From positions 704,001 through 768,000 of the forward strand of contig OZ223269.1 in the NCBI GenBank assembly GCA_965140585.1: a stretch of 64,000 bases of DNA, given 5' to 3'. A model generated the notes under the pieces. It was not told where the DNA came from. It saw only the letters and a program-made list of their open reading frames with translations, and made no database searches. The translations under genes were made by a program, and so were the position numbers. Origin of the DNA: Spirochaetia bacterium (GTDB lineage Bacteria > Spirochaetota > Spirochaetia > UBA9216). This document shows, piece by piece, positions 1 through 9,705 of the stretch (the first letter of the stretch is position 1; each line of letters starts with the position of its first letter).

Positions 1-2
1 TT

Positions 3-1556
3 ACTTCACCGGCGGTTCCCTGGCAGCACGTCAGGCCGGTGGGTGAGGATATAATCTGTTCGGAGATGATCATTCCCTCCATGCACAGGATAAGGCCTGT
101 AGATATTGGTGCTATGATAGGCGGCGGGATAACCTCTATAGAAGTTATAAAGAAACCTCTTGTCGGAATAATTCCTTCCGGTACTGAAATAATTGAAACT
201 CCTGATCAGATGACTCCCGGTGCAATTCTTGATTCCAATTCAAGGATGTTCGCAGCTATGGTTTCAGAGTACGGCGGTACTCCGGTTAAATATTCTCCTG
301 TGAAAGATGATTATAAGCTTCTGAGAGAAGCAGTTGTGAAGGCTCTTGAAAAATGTGATCTGGTGATTCTTGGTGCCGGTTCATCCGCAGGTTCAGAGGA
401 CTTCTCAAAATCCATAATCGAAGAAATAGGAACTATGCTGTTTCACGGAGTTGCTATAAAACCCGGAAAACCGGCAATTTTCGGGAAAGCCGCGGAAAAA
501 CCCCTAATCTGCATACCCGGATATCCTGTATCTGCCTGGATAGTCTTTGACAGACTTGTTCAGCCTCTTATCAGGGCTATGTCCTGTGTAAAAGCAGAAC
601 CGAAGGTCCAAAGACGCGGTATTCTTACAAGACCTCTTGTCTCATCATTGAAACATCTTGAGTATGTGAGGGTTAAATGCGGACAGATCGGAGATAAAAC
701 TATTGTGACACCGCTCAGCAGAGGCGCAGGAATAACGATGAGTCTTGTTAATGCTGATGCTATTGTTGAAGTTCCCAGAGAGTATGAAGGTTATCCTGCA
801 GGTTCGGAAGTGGAACTGTATATGCTCAAATCATGGGAGGAGATCTCTGAAAGACTTGTTTCGATCGGCAGTCATGACCTTCTTATGGATATGATAAACG
901 AGATTATGGTGATAAATGGATCAAGCGGACTCTCTTCTACTCACAGCGGCTCAATGGGCGGTGTTATGGCTGTGAAAAGGGGTGAATGTCATATTGCCCC
1001 GGTTCATGTTCTGAATCCTGAAACCGGTGTGTACAATACTCATCTGCTGAAGCAGTATCTGGCTGATAATGATGTAGTTATCGTAAAGGGTATTAAAAGA
1101 GTACAGGGGCTTATAGTTGCTGAGGGGAATCCTGAAAAGATTACTTCAATAACTGATTTGGCAGAAAGAGAACTGAGTTTTGTTAACAGGCAGCGCGGTG
1201 CAGGCACACGAATACTTTTTGATTATTTATGCGGAAAAGAAAATATACCGGCTGATTCCATAAAAGGTTATGGCCGGGAAATGAATACCCATATGTCGGT
1301 CGCTCAGGCTGTGCTTTCCGGCACCGCAGATGCCGGTATGGGGGTTGAATCCGCAGCCCGCAGCATGGGACTTCATTTTATTCCGATCGGTGAAGAAGAT
1401 TACGATTTTATTTTAAGAAAAGAGGTCCTGGATACTGAAGCAGGACAGGTTTTTATGAATGCCCTCTGTTCAAAACAGTTTAAACTTGAAGTCGAAAGAC
1501 TTGGCGGTTATATTCTTCAAGCTCCGGGCAAGATAATGAGGAAAGAAGATTGTTAG
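3..1556 (+). CDS. moeA: Molybdopterin molybdotransferase MoeA fused to C-terminal periplasmic-binding-protein-like (PBP_like) domain; 5'-truncated by window edge
   Basis: Frame is open from nt 3 (TSPAVPWQHVRPVGEDI, a MoeA motif); GTE, DSNS, IKPGKP, PGYPVS motifs; C-terminal GSHD...GSMGG...NRQRGAGTR PBP_like signature. Confidence 0.9.
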   Translation, partial: TSPAVPWQHVRPVGEDIICSEMIIPSMHRIRPVDIGAMIGGGITSIEVIKKPLVGIIPSGTEIIETPDQMTPGAILDSNSRMFAAMVSEYGGTPVKYSPVKDDYKLLREAVVKALEKCDLVILGAGSSAGSEDFSKSIIEEIGTMLFHGVAIKPGKPAIFGKAAEKPLICIPGYPVSAWIVFDRLVQPLIRAMSCVKAEPKVQRRGILTRPLVSSLKHLEYVRVKCGQIGDKTIVTPLSRGAGITMSLVNADAIVEVPREYEGYPAGSEVELYMLKSWEEISERLVSIGSHDLLMDMINEIMVINGSSGLSSTHSGSMGGVMAVKRGECHIAPVHVLNPETGVYNTHLLKQYLADNDVVIVKGIKRVQGLIVAEGNPEKITSITDLAERELSFVNRQRGAGTRILFDYLCGKENIPADSIKGYGREMNTHMSVAQAVLSGTADAGMGVESAARSMGLHFIPIGEEDYDFILRKEVLDTEAGQVFMNALCSKQFKLEVERLGGYILQAPGKIMRKEDC

Positions 1557-2512
1557 ATACTTTCAACCGGAAGATCGACTACCTTCGACTTTCAATAACT
1601 GATTTATGTAACCTCAGATGCAGATACTGTATGCCCTCAGGCGGGGTAGAAAAAAAAGAGCACTCAAAGATCCTGAGAATTGAAGAGCTGACTGAAATAG
1701 CAGAAGCTGCAGTTTCCTGCGGAATAAGTAAAATCAGACTAACCGGCGGTGAGCCTCTTGTGAGAAAGGGGCTTATAGAACTTATTAAGAATATTCGTAG
1801 AATTGAGGGGTTAAAAACGTTGACTTTGACCAGTAACGGTATTCTGCTTCCTGATATGGCATTACGACTTAAAGATGCCGGACTTGATCGTGTAAATATC
1901 AGTCTGGATACTCTTAATCGGGAGAAATTCAATTGGATAAGCCGGCTTGATAAACTGGATTCAGTTCTTAAGGGGATAGACAGCGCGATAGAAGCAGGGT
2001 TAACACCTCTAAAGATAAATTCGGTGCTTATTAAAGATTTTAATGAAGATGAAATCCTGGATTTCAAAAAGCTTGCAGAAAATCTTGATATAGAGATAAG
2101 ATTTATTGAGTTAATGCCGGTAGGAGAGGCTTCAGGCTGGACTGAAGACCGTTTTCTGCCTAATAAAACGGTTTTTGACAAGGTGCCCGGTATGATGAAA
2201 ATCGAATTTACCGAAAAAGGAAGCCCCGCTGAAGTATGGCAGCTGCCCGGAGGGAAGGGGCGGTTCGGATTTATAAATCCGATAAGTCACAAATTCTGCG
2301 GAGATTGCAACCGGCTTAGAATTACATCAGAGGGAAAGCTGCTGTCATGTCTCCATTCTAACAGGGGGATAGATATTAAAGATGCTCTGGCTGAAGGAAA
2401 AACTCTGGCAGAAGTTATTAAGGAAGGAATCAGGATGAAACCCGGTGAACATAATCTGGAATTAGCTGATTTTGAAAAAACAAATCACAGTATGCATGAA
2501 GTAGGGGGCTGA
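1550..2512 (+). CDS. moaA: GTP 3',8-cyclase (radical SAM)
   Basis: YLRLSITDLCNLRCRYCMP, RLTGGEP, FCGDCNRLR...C, C-terminal GG. Confidence 0.96.
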   Translation: MLDTFNRKIDYLRLSITDLCNLRCRYCMPSGGVEKKEHSKILRIEELTEIAEAAVSCGISKIRLTGGEPLVRKGLIELIKNIRRIEGLKTLTLTSNGILLPDMALRLKDAGLDRVNISLDTLNREKFNWISRLDKLDSVLKGIDSAIEAGLTPLKINSVLIKDFNEDEILDFKKLAENLDIEIRFIELMPVGEASGWTEDRFLPNKTVFDKVPGMMKIEFTEKGSPAEVWQLPGGKGRFGFINPISHKFCGDCNRLRITSEGKLLSCLHSNRGIDIKDALAEGKTLAEVIKEGIRMKPGEHNLELADFEKTNHSMHEVGG

Positions 2513-2513
2513 T

Positions 2514-3008
2514 ATGGAATTTACCCATTTTAACAGGGACGGCCGTCCGAAAATGGTTGATATTTCTGAAAAAGCAGAAACTGCACGTGAAGCAGTAGCG
2601 GAAGGTTCAGTTATTATGAATATTGAAACGCTTAGACTTATCCGTGATGGCGGTATGAAAAAGGGTGATGTCCTGGGAACCGCACAGTTAGCGGGTATTA
2701 CCGGTGCAAAAAAGACATCTGAGCTTATCCCCATGTGTCATAATATTTTTATCTCCGGAGTTGATATGGATTTTGAATTGATTGAAGCAGAGGATGAGGC
2801 AGGGGCTGCATATGGAAAAATAAATATCACCGCAACAGCCCGTACCTCGGGTCAGACCGGTATAGAGATGGAAGTGATGACAGCGGTGTCAACAGCAGCT
2901 TTGACTGTCTATGATATGTGCAAGGCAGTTGATCGCGGTATGGAAATAACCGGCATCAGATTGATTAGAAAATCCGGAGGAAAATCCGGTCTGTGGCAGA
3001 GAAAATAG
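2514..3008 (+). CDS. moaC: Cyclic pyranopterin monophosphate synthase
   Basis: MVDISEK, KGDVL, LIPMCH, TGIEME, YDMCKAVD, KSGGKSG. Confidence 0.96.
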   Translation: MEFTHFNRDGRPKMVDISEKAETAREAVAEGSVIMNIETLRLIRDGGMKKGDVLGTAQLAGITGAKKTSELIPMCHNIFISGVDMDFELIEAEDEAGAAYGKINITATARTSGQTGIEMEVMTAVSTAALTVYDMCKAVDRGMEITGIRLIRKSGGKSGLWQRK

Positions 3009-3021
3009 AGAAGGCTGAAAT

Positions 3022-3462
3022 ATGAAGAATAAATTTGAACTGTTATCACTGAATATCTCAACGAAAAAAGGTGATAAAAAAGTACCGGTTGATTTTTTTG
3101 AAATTAAACCTGAGCATGGCATAGAGGGAGATGCTCATGCTGGCAACTGGCACAGACAGATATCCCTTCTTGCTGATGAAGATATAGATCTTATGCGTGG
3201 AAAGGGTATTGAACTCAATTTCGGTGATTTTGCGGAGAATATTACAACCAGGGGCATTGAATTATACAGCCTTCCTATAGGGACAAGACTTTTTATTGGA
3301 GATACTGAACTTGAAGTTACTCAGATCGGAAAAGAATGCCATCACGGCTGTGCAATCAGGCAGCAGGTCGGCGACTGTATAATGCCAAGACGGGGAATAT
3401 TTGCAAAGGTCATTAAGGGCGGGAGGATTACTGTTGAAAGCAGCTGTTATTACAATATCTGA
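3022..3462 (+). CDS. MOSC domain protein
   Basis: GDAHAGNWHRQISLL, FAENITT, TQIGKECH..C, CIMPRRGIF. Confidence 0.9.
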   Translation: MKNKFELLSLNISTKKGDKKVPVDFFEIKPEHGIEGDAHAGNWHRQISLLADEDIDLMRGKGIELNFGDFAENITTRGIELYSLPIGTRLFIGDTELEVTQIGKECHHGCAIRQQVGDCIMPRRGIFAKVIKGGRITVESSCYYNI

Positions 3463-3904
3463 CAGAGCCTGCAGAGGTGTATACGAAGATTTATCCGGCC
3501 CTGCCATAGCTGAAATTTTAAGGCAGAAATTTCAGGAGGGGATTGAGATTTCCGGTACAATTGTTCCTGATGAAAAGGAAGCTATTCTTGGTGCTCTTAA
3601 CCAATACGAGTCTAATGATCTGATTTTTACAACAGGCGGAACCGGCCTGGGGCCAAGAGATATAACGCCTGAAGTTACAGCGGCCTGGTGCGAAAGGGAT
3701 GTTCCCGGTATATCAGAAGCCTTAAGAATTCATTCCTGCAGGGAAACACCGATGGCAGTACTGAGCCGGGGTTATTCAGGGCTTCATGGAAATACCCTGG
3801 TTATCAACCTGCCGGGGTCGGTTAAGGCTGTCACATCCTGTACAAATTACCTTCTCGGCATTCTTGAACATGCATTATTAATGATAAAAGGTGCGGGTCA
3901 TTAG
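3434..3904 (+). CDS. mog: Molybdopterin adenylyltransferase (MogA/MoaB family)
   Basis: ITISDR, DLSGP, TTGGTGLGPRDITPE, NLPGS; start placed at TTG 3434 behind GGAGG (3422). Confidence 0.9.
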   Translation: MKAAVITISDRACRGVYEDLSGPAIAEILRQKFQEGIEISGTIVPDEKEAILGALNQYESNDLIFTTGGTGLGPRDITPEVTAAWCERDVPGISEALRIHSCRETPMAVLSRGYSGLHGNTLVINLPGSVKAVTSCTNYLLGILEHALLMIKGAGH

Positions 3905-4016
3905 GTGGAATTCTGTCTGCCGCCATAATCCGAATATTATACAGATACTTTTTTAACGAAAACGATAGTTTAGTGCTGATTAATTATGTTTTTCAAAAGT
4001 AAACCTATACTTTCCC

Positions 4017-4045
4017 TTGACTTTCTAACAGACCCTATTTAAAAT
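4017..4045 (+). promoter_or_regulatory. Sigma70-type promoter of the ABC importer operon
   Basis: TTGACT (4017-4022), 17 bp spacer, TAAAAT (4040-4045). Confidence 0.7.
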
Positions 4046-4113
4046 TGATACTCAAACAACCGGACTGCTTTTTCGGGTGAATTTTTAAGCATTTCGGAAA
4101 AATATTTAAGGAT

Positions 4114-4875
4114 ATGTTGATGCTGTCAATTAAGGGTGTAAGTAAGCACTTTGGCGGTCTGAAGGCATTGAAGAACGTCAGTTTTGATATTCAGGACGGA
4201 CGTATTCATGGCATTATTGGACCCAACGGTTCCGGTAAAACTACTATGTTTAACTGTATAACCGGACTTTTAGAGGTGACTGCGGGTAATATCTACCTGA
4301 ATGATATTGAGATCACCGGCAAACCTGCGCATGAGATTTCCAATTTAGGTATCAGGCGGACCTTCCAGCAGGGGAAATTAGTTCCGTCTCTTAAAGTAAT
4401 AGAAAACGTAATGAGCGGCGTCTATGATTATCATAAAACTGATATCAAAGATACTTTTTTCAGAATACCGTTCAGACAGTCGAAAGTAGAAAAAGAACTT
4501 CGTAATGAAGCTTATGAGGTTCTTGAAATGCTTAATCTTTCAGAATCTGCCGATAGGTGGGCATCTGATCTTGTATGGGCTGAACGCCAGTTTGTTCAGA
4601 TTGCAAGAGCTCTTGTTTCCAAACCAAAAATTCTGCTTATGGACGAACCTGCCTCAGGTATGGGACCTAAAGAAACAGAACAGGTCGGTGAGCTTATTCA
4701 GAAAATTAAGGAAATGGGAATTACAGTGGTAGTTGTAAGCCATGATATGAAAATGCTTATGAATGTTGCTGAGACGGTCACTGTTCTTAACTTCGGAGAT
4801 AATATATTCGAAGGAACACCTTCTGAAGTACAGAAAGACCAGAGAGTACTGGAGGCATATCTTGGCACAGAATGA
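4114..4875 (+). CDS. Branched-chain-amino-acid-family (HAAT) ABC transporter ATPase, LivG-like
   Basis: GPNGSGKTT Walker A, RTFQ, LLMDEPASG, SHDM, C-terminal EAYLG. Confidence 0.92.
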   Translation: MLMLSIKGVSKHFGGLKALKNVSFDIQDGRIHGIIGPNGSGKTTMFNCITGLLEVTAGNIYLNDIEITGKPAHEISNLGIRRTFQQGKLVPSLKVIENVMSGVYDYHKTDIKDTFFRIPFRQSKVEKELRNEAYEVLEMLNLSESADRWASDLVWAERQFVQIARALVSKPKILLMDEPASGMGPKETEQVGELIQKIKEMGITVVVVSHDMKMLMNVAETVTVLNFGDNIFEGTPSEVQKDQRVLEAYLGTE

Positions 4876-5578
4876 AAATATACTGAGTATTGAAAACCTT
4901 TCTGTAAATTACGGACATGTAAAAGCACTTAAAAATATTGATCTCGAACTTAAAAAAGGTGAGATAGTAGTTCTTGTCGGTGCCAACGGGGCGGGTAAAA
5001 CTACTATAATGGAAACTGTACTTGGTGCAAATGTTCCTGAGAATGGTAAAATTACCTATAAAAGCAAAGATATCACCAATACATCTGTAGACAAGAATGT
5101 AAGAAGCGGAATGTTCCTGGTTCCTGAAGGGCGGGGAGTTTTTTCATCGATGACTGTTCTGGATAATCTCCTTCTCGGGGCTCATCACAACCTTTCTCAG
5201 TCTGATAAAAAACTTGAGCTTGTCTATGATTCTTTTCCGGTTCTCGGGAACAGGAAAAATCAGGTCGCCGGTACTTTAAGCGGCGGTGAAAGACAGATGC
5301 TTGCTATTGCAAGAGCTTTGATGTCATCACCGGATATGATTATGGTTGATGAACCGTCTATCGGGCTTGCTCCGATTATAGTAAATGATATTTTTGAGAT
5401 TCTTGTAAATCTGAATAAAGAGGGGTATACAATCCTTCTCTCTGAACAGAATGTCTATAAGGCTCTTAAAATTGCACATCGAGGTTATGTTCTTGAAACA
5501 GGAAATATAATCAAGAGCGGAACTTCTGAAGAACTGTTGAACGATCCTGCAGTTAAAGAAGCATATCTTGGAGCATAG
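4862..5578 (+). CDS. HAAT ABC transporter ATPase, LivF-like
   Basis: GANGAGKTT, VPEGR, LSGGERQMLAIARAL, DEPSIGLAP; start placed at TTG 4862 behind GGAGG (4851). Confidence 0.92.
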   Translation: MAQNENILSIENLSVNYGHVKALKNIDLELKKGEIVVLVGANGAGKTTIMETVLGANVPENGKITYKSKDITNTSVDKNVRSGMFLVPEGRGVFSSMTVLDNLLLGAHHNLSQSDKKLELVYDSFPVLGNRKNQVAGTLSGGERQMLAIARALMSSPDMIMVDEPSIGLAPIIVNDIFEILVNLNKEGYTILLSEQNVYKALKIAHRGYVLETGNIIKSGTSEELLNDPAVKEAYLGA

Positions 5579-5581
5579 AGA

Positions 5582-6472
5582 ATGGAAATATTAATAGCAC
5601 AAATATTTAACGGACTTTCGCTTGGAAGCATTTATGTTCTTTTGGTAACAGGATTTAATCTGCTTCTGCTTGTAGCGATGATTATTCACTTTTCTTTTCC
5701 CGTAGTAATTGTTTTTTCAATGTATATATCCTGGGTCGTGCTGGGATTAACAGGAAATAATATACCGCTCGGTGTTCTCGGCGGAATTGCTTCAGCGATT
5801 GCGGTTAACGCACTCACTGCACCGATGTTTCAGCATATTATGAAAAAACGCGGAAGTGTTGATATAAATGCAACCATGGTAATTTCTATGGGTATGGGAA
5901 TGATTATTACTGATATACTTTCCCACACTTTTAACCAGGGTTTTCCTATTGCTTTTCCTGATGCACTGACCGGAAATGATAAAGGAGCACTTATAAGTGT
6001 AGGTCTTATCAGTATATCAAGAGGTCAGGTTCTTACCCTGATTGTCGGCGTTCTTTTTGTAGCCTTTCTTTTCTGGCTGTTATATAAAACCAGAACCGGG
6101 CGTGCATTCAGAGCCATAGCTGAAGACCCGAACGGAGCAAAACTGGTAGGTATTCCGCTGTTGAAAACCGGATTCTTAAGTTATGCACTTACAGGGATTC
6201 TGGGCGGAGTTACTGCAGTACTTATGGCTATTCTGCTTGGTTCTGCATCTGCAGGACTTGGTGATTCTCTTGGACATAAGGTGCTTGCTGTTTCAATTAT
6301 TGCAGGTCTTGGTAATCTGACGGGAGGACTGATCATCGGATTACTTCTAGGTGTATTGGAAGCCATTATTCAGGGGTACCTTGCCGGTTCCTGGTCCAAC
6401 GCAATCGCTTTTATAATTATGCTTGTTGTTATTTTGGCTAAACCGAAAGGCGTATTCGGAAGCAAGCTATAG
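5582..6472 (+). CDS. HAAT ABC transporter permease, LivH-like
   Basis: NGLSLGSIYVL, TRTGRAFRAIAED, multiple hydrophobic segments, KPKGVFG. Confidence 0.9.
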   Translation: MEILIAQIFNGLSLGSIYVLLVTGFNLLLLVAMIIHFSFPVVIVFSMYISWVVLGLTGNNIPLGVLGGIASAIAVNALTAPMFQHIMKKRGSVDINATMVISMGMGMIITDILSHTFNQGFPIAFPDALTGNDKGALISVGLISISRGQVLTLIVGVLFVAFLFWLLYKTRTGRAFRAIAEDPNGAKLVGIPLLKTGFLSYALTGILGGVTAVLMAILLGSASAGLGDSLGHKVLAVSIIAGLGNLTGGLIIGLLLGVLEAIIQGYLAGSWSNAIAFIIMLVVILAKPKGVFGSKL

Positions 6473-6490
6473 GAAGTCAGGAGGAGTACT

Positions 6491-7369
6491 GTGTCTTTAC
6501 CTTTATATTATTTTCTGGCAATAACCGCCATCTATATACTAATGAGCTGGTCCGTCTATATCCCGTACAGGGTTGGACAGCTTCATTTTATGACAGTTGC
6601 TAATATGGCAATATCAGCATATTTTTCAGCTTTAATGGCTATCAATTTTGATTGGCCTTTCATTGTAGTTTTTATCGTAGGAACTTTGCTTGGTGCATTA
6701 ATCGGGTTTCTGGTTTCCGTAGCGATAGGAGATGCTCCCTGCTTTGCTGTTGTTATTGTAGGCTTCACTTTTATCTATCTCACAAAAACTATAATTGAAA
6801 ATGTTGAAGCATTTGGAGGTCCTCTTGGAATCTTCAGTATACCGAAGATTCTTCAGACTTCAGCATCAAATAGAACATTTCTTATTATTTTCATATATGC
6901 CATGGTTGTAATTACAGGCTTTCTAATTCACCGCTTTGATAATTCAAGACTTGGCAGAGCTGCTTCTGCAATATTTATCGACAGAGAACTTGCAGTATCC
7001 TTCGGTGTTGATGTTAAGAAGATGGGTATGTTCCTTCAGACATGGGCTAGCGCACTCGGCGGAATGTCCGGTGTTCTGTATGCTTTCATTATGAGAAGTA
7101 TTTCACCAAACCATTTTACATTCCATATCGTCGGTGTATGTATGACAATGCTTTTTGTCGGCGGGTATACCACTCAGTGGGGCGCTTTGCTTGCAGCTCC
7201 GCTTCTATGGGGATTTCCGTTAATACTTCCGGATATTGTTGAATCATGGAATATCGTAATCTATGGTATACTGCTCATAGTTGTTCTTGTTATAAAGCCT
7301 GAAGGTGTTATAACAAGGCAGATGATTGAAAAAATTGTGAATGTATTCAAAAAGCCGAAAAAAGCCTGA
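6491..7369 (+). CDS. HAAT ABC transporter permease, LivM-like
   Basis: GGPLGI, SRLGRA, ALGGMSGVLYA, VGG, KPEG; hydrophobic throughout. Confidence 0.88.
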   Translation: MSLPLYYFLAITAIYILMSWSVYIPYRVGQLHFMTVANMAISAYFSALMAINFDWPFIVVFIVGTLLGALIGFLVSVAIGDAPCFAVVIVGFTFIYLTKTIIENVEAFGGPLGIFSIPKILQTSASNRTFLIIFIYAMVVITGFLIHRFDNSRLGRAASAIFIDRELAVSFGVDVKKMGMFLQTWASALGGMSGVLYAFIMRSISPNHFTFHIVGVCMTMLFVGGYTTQWGALLAAPLLWGFPLILPDIVESWNIVIYGILLIVVLVIKPEGVITRQMIEKIVNVFKKPKKA

Positions 7370-7461
7370 GGGAATATTTTTAAACTGTTTTATATTTGAA
7401 AATATCCGACATTTATAAATTGTAATAAACGCGTATGCGTTTAGAATATTAGGAGGAAAAA

Positions 7462-8652
7462 ATGAAAAAGATTTTAACAGTCTTAGTTCTGCTGCTTCTC
7501 TCCATGTCTTTCGTTTATGCAAGCGGAAGTCAGGAAGCAGGCGCTTCTGAAAGCGGTGAGGTAGTTGTCGATGAATGGGAAATCCCTTTCCTTAACTGTC
7601 TGACCGGACCTATTGCAAGTATCGGTGAATACCTGCAGTGGGGTGCTGAATTCGCAGCAGAAGAAATCAATGCTGCAGGCGGTATTGCCGGAAAACCTGT
7701 AAAGGTTGTTGGTATTGATACTGCTATGAGCCCTGAAAAGGGAACTGTTGAAATGTCAAAGCTTGTTGACAGTGCTCTTGTAGTTATGGGTCCTGTACCC
7801 GAACCTGTAATTATGGCTGCTGTACCAATCGCAGCTGATGAGGGACTTTACAGCTTTACAGCTACAACTTCCTACGAATATGCCGCTGAGTATTTTCCAT
7901 GGGCAATTTCATGGTTTGCTCCAACAGAAGAAAGGCTTGCACCGATTATTACTGCATGGGCAAAGAAAACCGGTGCTAAAAATGTTGTTCAGTTTGTAGA
8001 AAACTACGGCGCATGGCCCGGCATGGCAAAAGCTCATGTAAAGGGAGTTAAGGACGCTGGCGCAAATATCCTTGAAGATGTAGATGTACCATCAGATGCA
8101 GTATCTTTTGGTCCGCTTATCGTTAAAGCTCTTGCACAGGAACCTGACGGTATAATTTTTGCATGTAATGCAGAAAAAGTAGCTAAAATTATCATCGAAC
8201 TCAAGAACAGAGGCTGGGAAGATATGAGTAAAATACTTGTATTCTCAAGTGCTGATGATGCTGCTCTTTACACAACAGGCGGCGATAAGATCAATGGTAT
8301 CATGATTTATAACTACAGCGATCCAAGTCTTGATACTCCAAGATGGAATACTTTCAGACAGAGTTTTAAGGACGATCATGACGGTATAGAGCCCTTCAGT
8401 CTTTCACCCAACTACTACGATGCTGTTTATATGATCAAAAGAGCAATCGAAGAAACCGGTGTGACTGGTGATCCTTCAAAACTTGCAGAAGAAAGAACTT
8501 TAATCAGAGATTACTGTAATGATATTCAGAACTTTGACGGTCTTCAGTACAGCTGGTCAAATAAGGGTGGATATCCTGCAGACAAGCCCCTTTTCCTCTT
8601 TGAAATCAAAGGCGGAGAGAAAGTACTTGTTGATAAAATTACAGCTCAGTAA
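7462..8652 (+). CDS. HAAT-family ABC substrate-binding protein (ligand unknown)
   Basis: Signal peptide ending in YASGSQE, LTGPIASIG, EEINAAGGIAGKPV, YDAVY; strong RBS AGGAGG. Confidence 0.9.
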   Translation: MKKILTVLVLLLLSMSFVYASGSQEAGASESGEVVVDEWEIPFLNCLTGPIASIGEYLQWGAEFAAEEINAAGGIAGKPVKVVGIDTAMSPEKGTVEMSKLVDSALVVMGPVPEPVIMAAVPIAADEGLYSFTATTSYEYAAEYFPWAISWFAPTEERLAPIITAWAKKTGAKNVVQFVENYGAWPGMAKAHVKGVKDAGANILEDVDVPSDAVSFGPLIVKALAQEPDGIIFACNAEKVAKIIIELKNRGWEDMSKILVFSSADDAALYTTGGDKINGIMIYNYSDPSLDTPRWNTFRQSFKDDHDGIEPFSLSPNYYDAVYMIKRAIEETGVTGDPSKLAEERTLIRDYCNDIQNFDGLQYSWSNKGGYPADKPLFLFEIKGGEKVLVDKITAQ

Positions 8653-8669
8653 ATCTTAATCAGGTTTAT

Positions 8670-8719
8670 AAAAAACCGCAGACCGAACTGACTAAAGTTC
8701 AATGTCTGCGGTTTTTTTT
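8670..8719. terminator. Bidirectional rho-independent terminator between SBP gene and panE
   Basis: AAAAAACCGCAGAC...GTCTGCGGTTTTTTTT, with inner GAACT/AGTTC pairing in the loop. Confidence 0.85.
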
Positions 8720-8786
8720 ATGCTGATTTAATATTTAAATCAATTAGGCAATTTCAAAACTAACATAGTTTTGCAAGAAGCTCAAT

Positions 8787-9704
8787 TTATCTTTTAAGGT
8801 CATAGGTTTTTACAAGGGCTCCAATTACTCGGTTAGCCGGGGTCTCAATTCCAAGCTCCTGCCCCTTCTTGACGATGGCATTATTTATAAAATCTATTTC
8901 CGTGCGGCTTCCCCTGTCAAAATCCTGAAGCATTGATGACCTGTTTGCTCCGGTCTTTTCAGAGACTGAATAAACAGTTTCAAGAGGATTCTCATAGGTA
9001 AGCTCTATTCCTGCTGCTTTTGCAACTGCCACAGCTTCGTTAACCAGCTCACTCATCAACCCCTTGGTTGTTTCGTAATCGAGCAGTTCTCCATTCTTAA
9101 GCCCGGTTAATGCAGTTAATGCATTGATACCGACATTGATTACCAACTTACTCCAGACCAGTCCTGCAATATCATCTTCAAGCATAATTTCGAATCCGGC
9201 TTTTGAAAGCTCTTTGGAAAAGGCTTCAAGCTTTGAGTTATCCCCGTTTGACATACACAGGTGGGTAGGGCCGTTTCCTGCGTGTTTGATATGTCCGGGA
9301 CCTGCAAATGTAGCACCCTGAGATGTAACTCCCGCCGCAGTGTTTGATGCTCCGAAAACCTCTCTTATAAGATCCTCATTGCCTATTCCGTTCTGGAGGG
9401 TGACTACTACTGTTGAATCTGAAGCATGCTTTTTGAAAGATTCTGCAACAGCCTTGGTTGCTGTTGATTTTACAAAAATGATCATAATATCAGAGTCTTT
9501 AACATCTTCAGGGTTATCAGAGGCTTTGACTTTGATAAACTCGCTGTCTCCGGTTGCAAGCGTCTCTATTCGTAAGCCGTTTTCATTTACTGCATTCACA
9601 TGTGCTAAATTTATGTCATATAAAACAACTTCATTTCCTACCGCTGCAAGCTTTCCCCCGAACAGCGAACCCATTGCTCCTGAACCAATAATTGATATTT
9701 TCAT
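8787..9704 (-). CDS. panE: 2-dehydropantoate 2-reductase (ketopantoate reductase)
   Basis: GSGAMG, FVKS, TLQNG, WSKLVIN, SSMLQD, RTEIDFIN. Confidence 0.93.
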   Translation of the reverse strand: MKISIIGSGAMGSLFGGKLAAVGNEVVLYDINLAHVNAVNENGLRIETLATGDSEFIKVKASDNPEDVKDSDIMIIFVKSTATKAVAESFKKHASDSTVVVTLQNGIGNEDLIREVFGASNTAAGVTSQGATFAGPGHIKHAGNGPTHLCMSNGDNSKLEAFSKELSKAGFEIMLEDDIAGLVWSKLVINVGINALTALTGLKNGELLDYETTKGLMSELVNEAVAVAKAAGIELTYENPLETVYSVSEKTGANRSSMLQDFDRGSRTEIDFINNAIVKKGQELGIETPANRVIGALVKTYDLKR

Positions 9705-9705
9705 T

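Noticed and set aside
7426-7443. Small palindrome TAAACGC-GTAT-GCGTTTA before the SBP gene
   Set aside because: Short; most simply an mRNA-stabilising hairpin, with no second copy seen to suggest an operator
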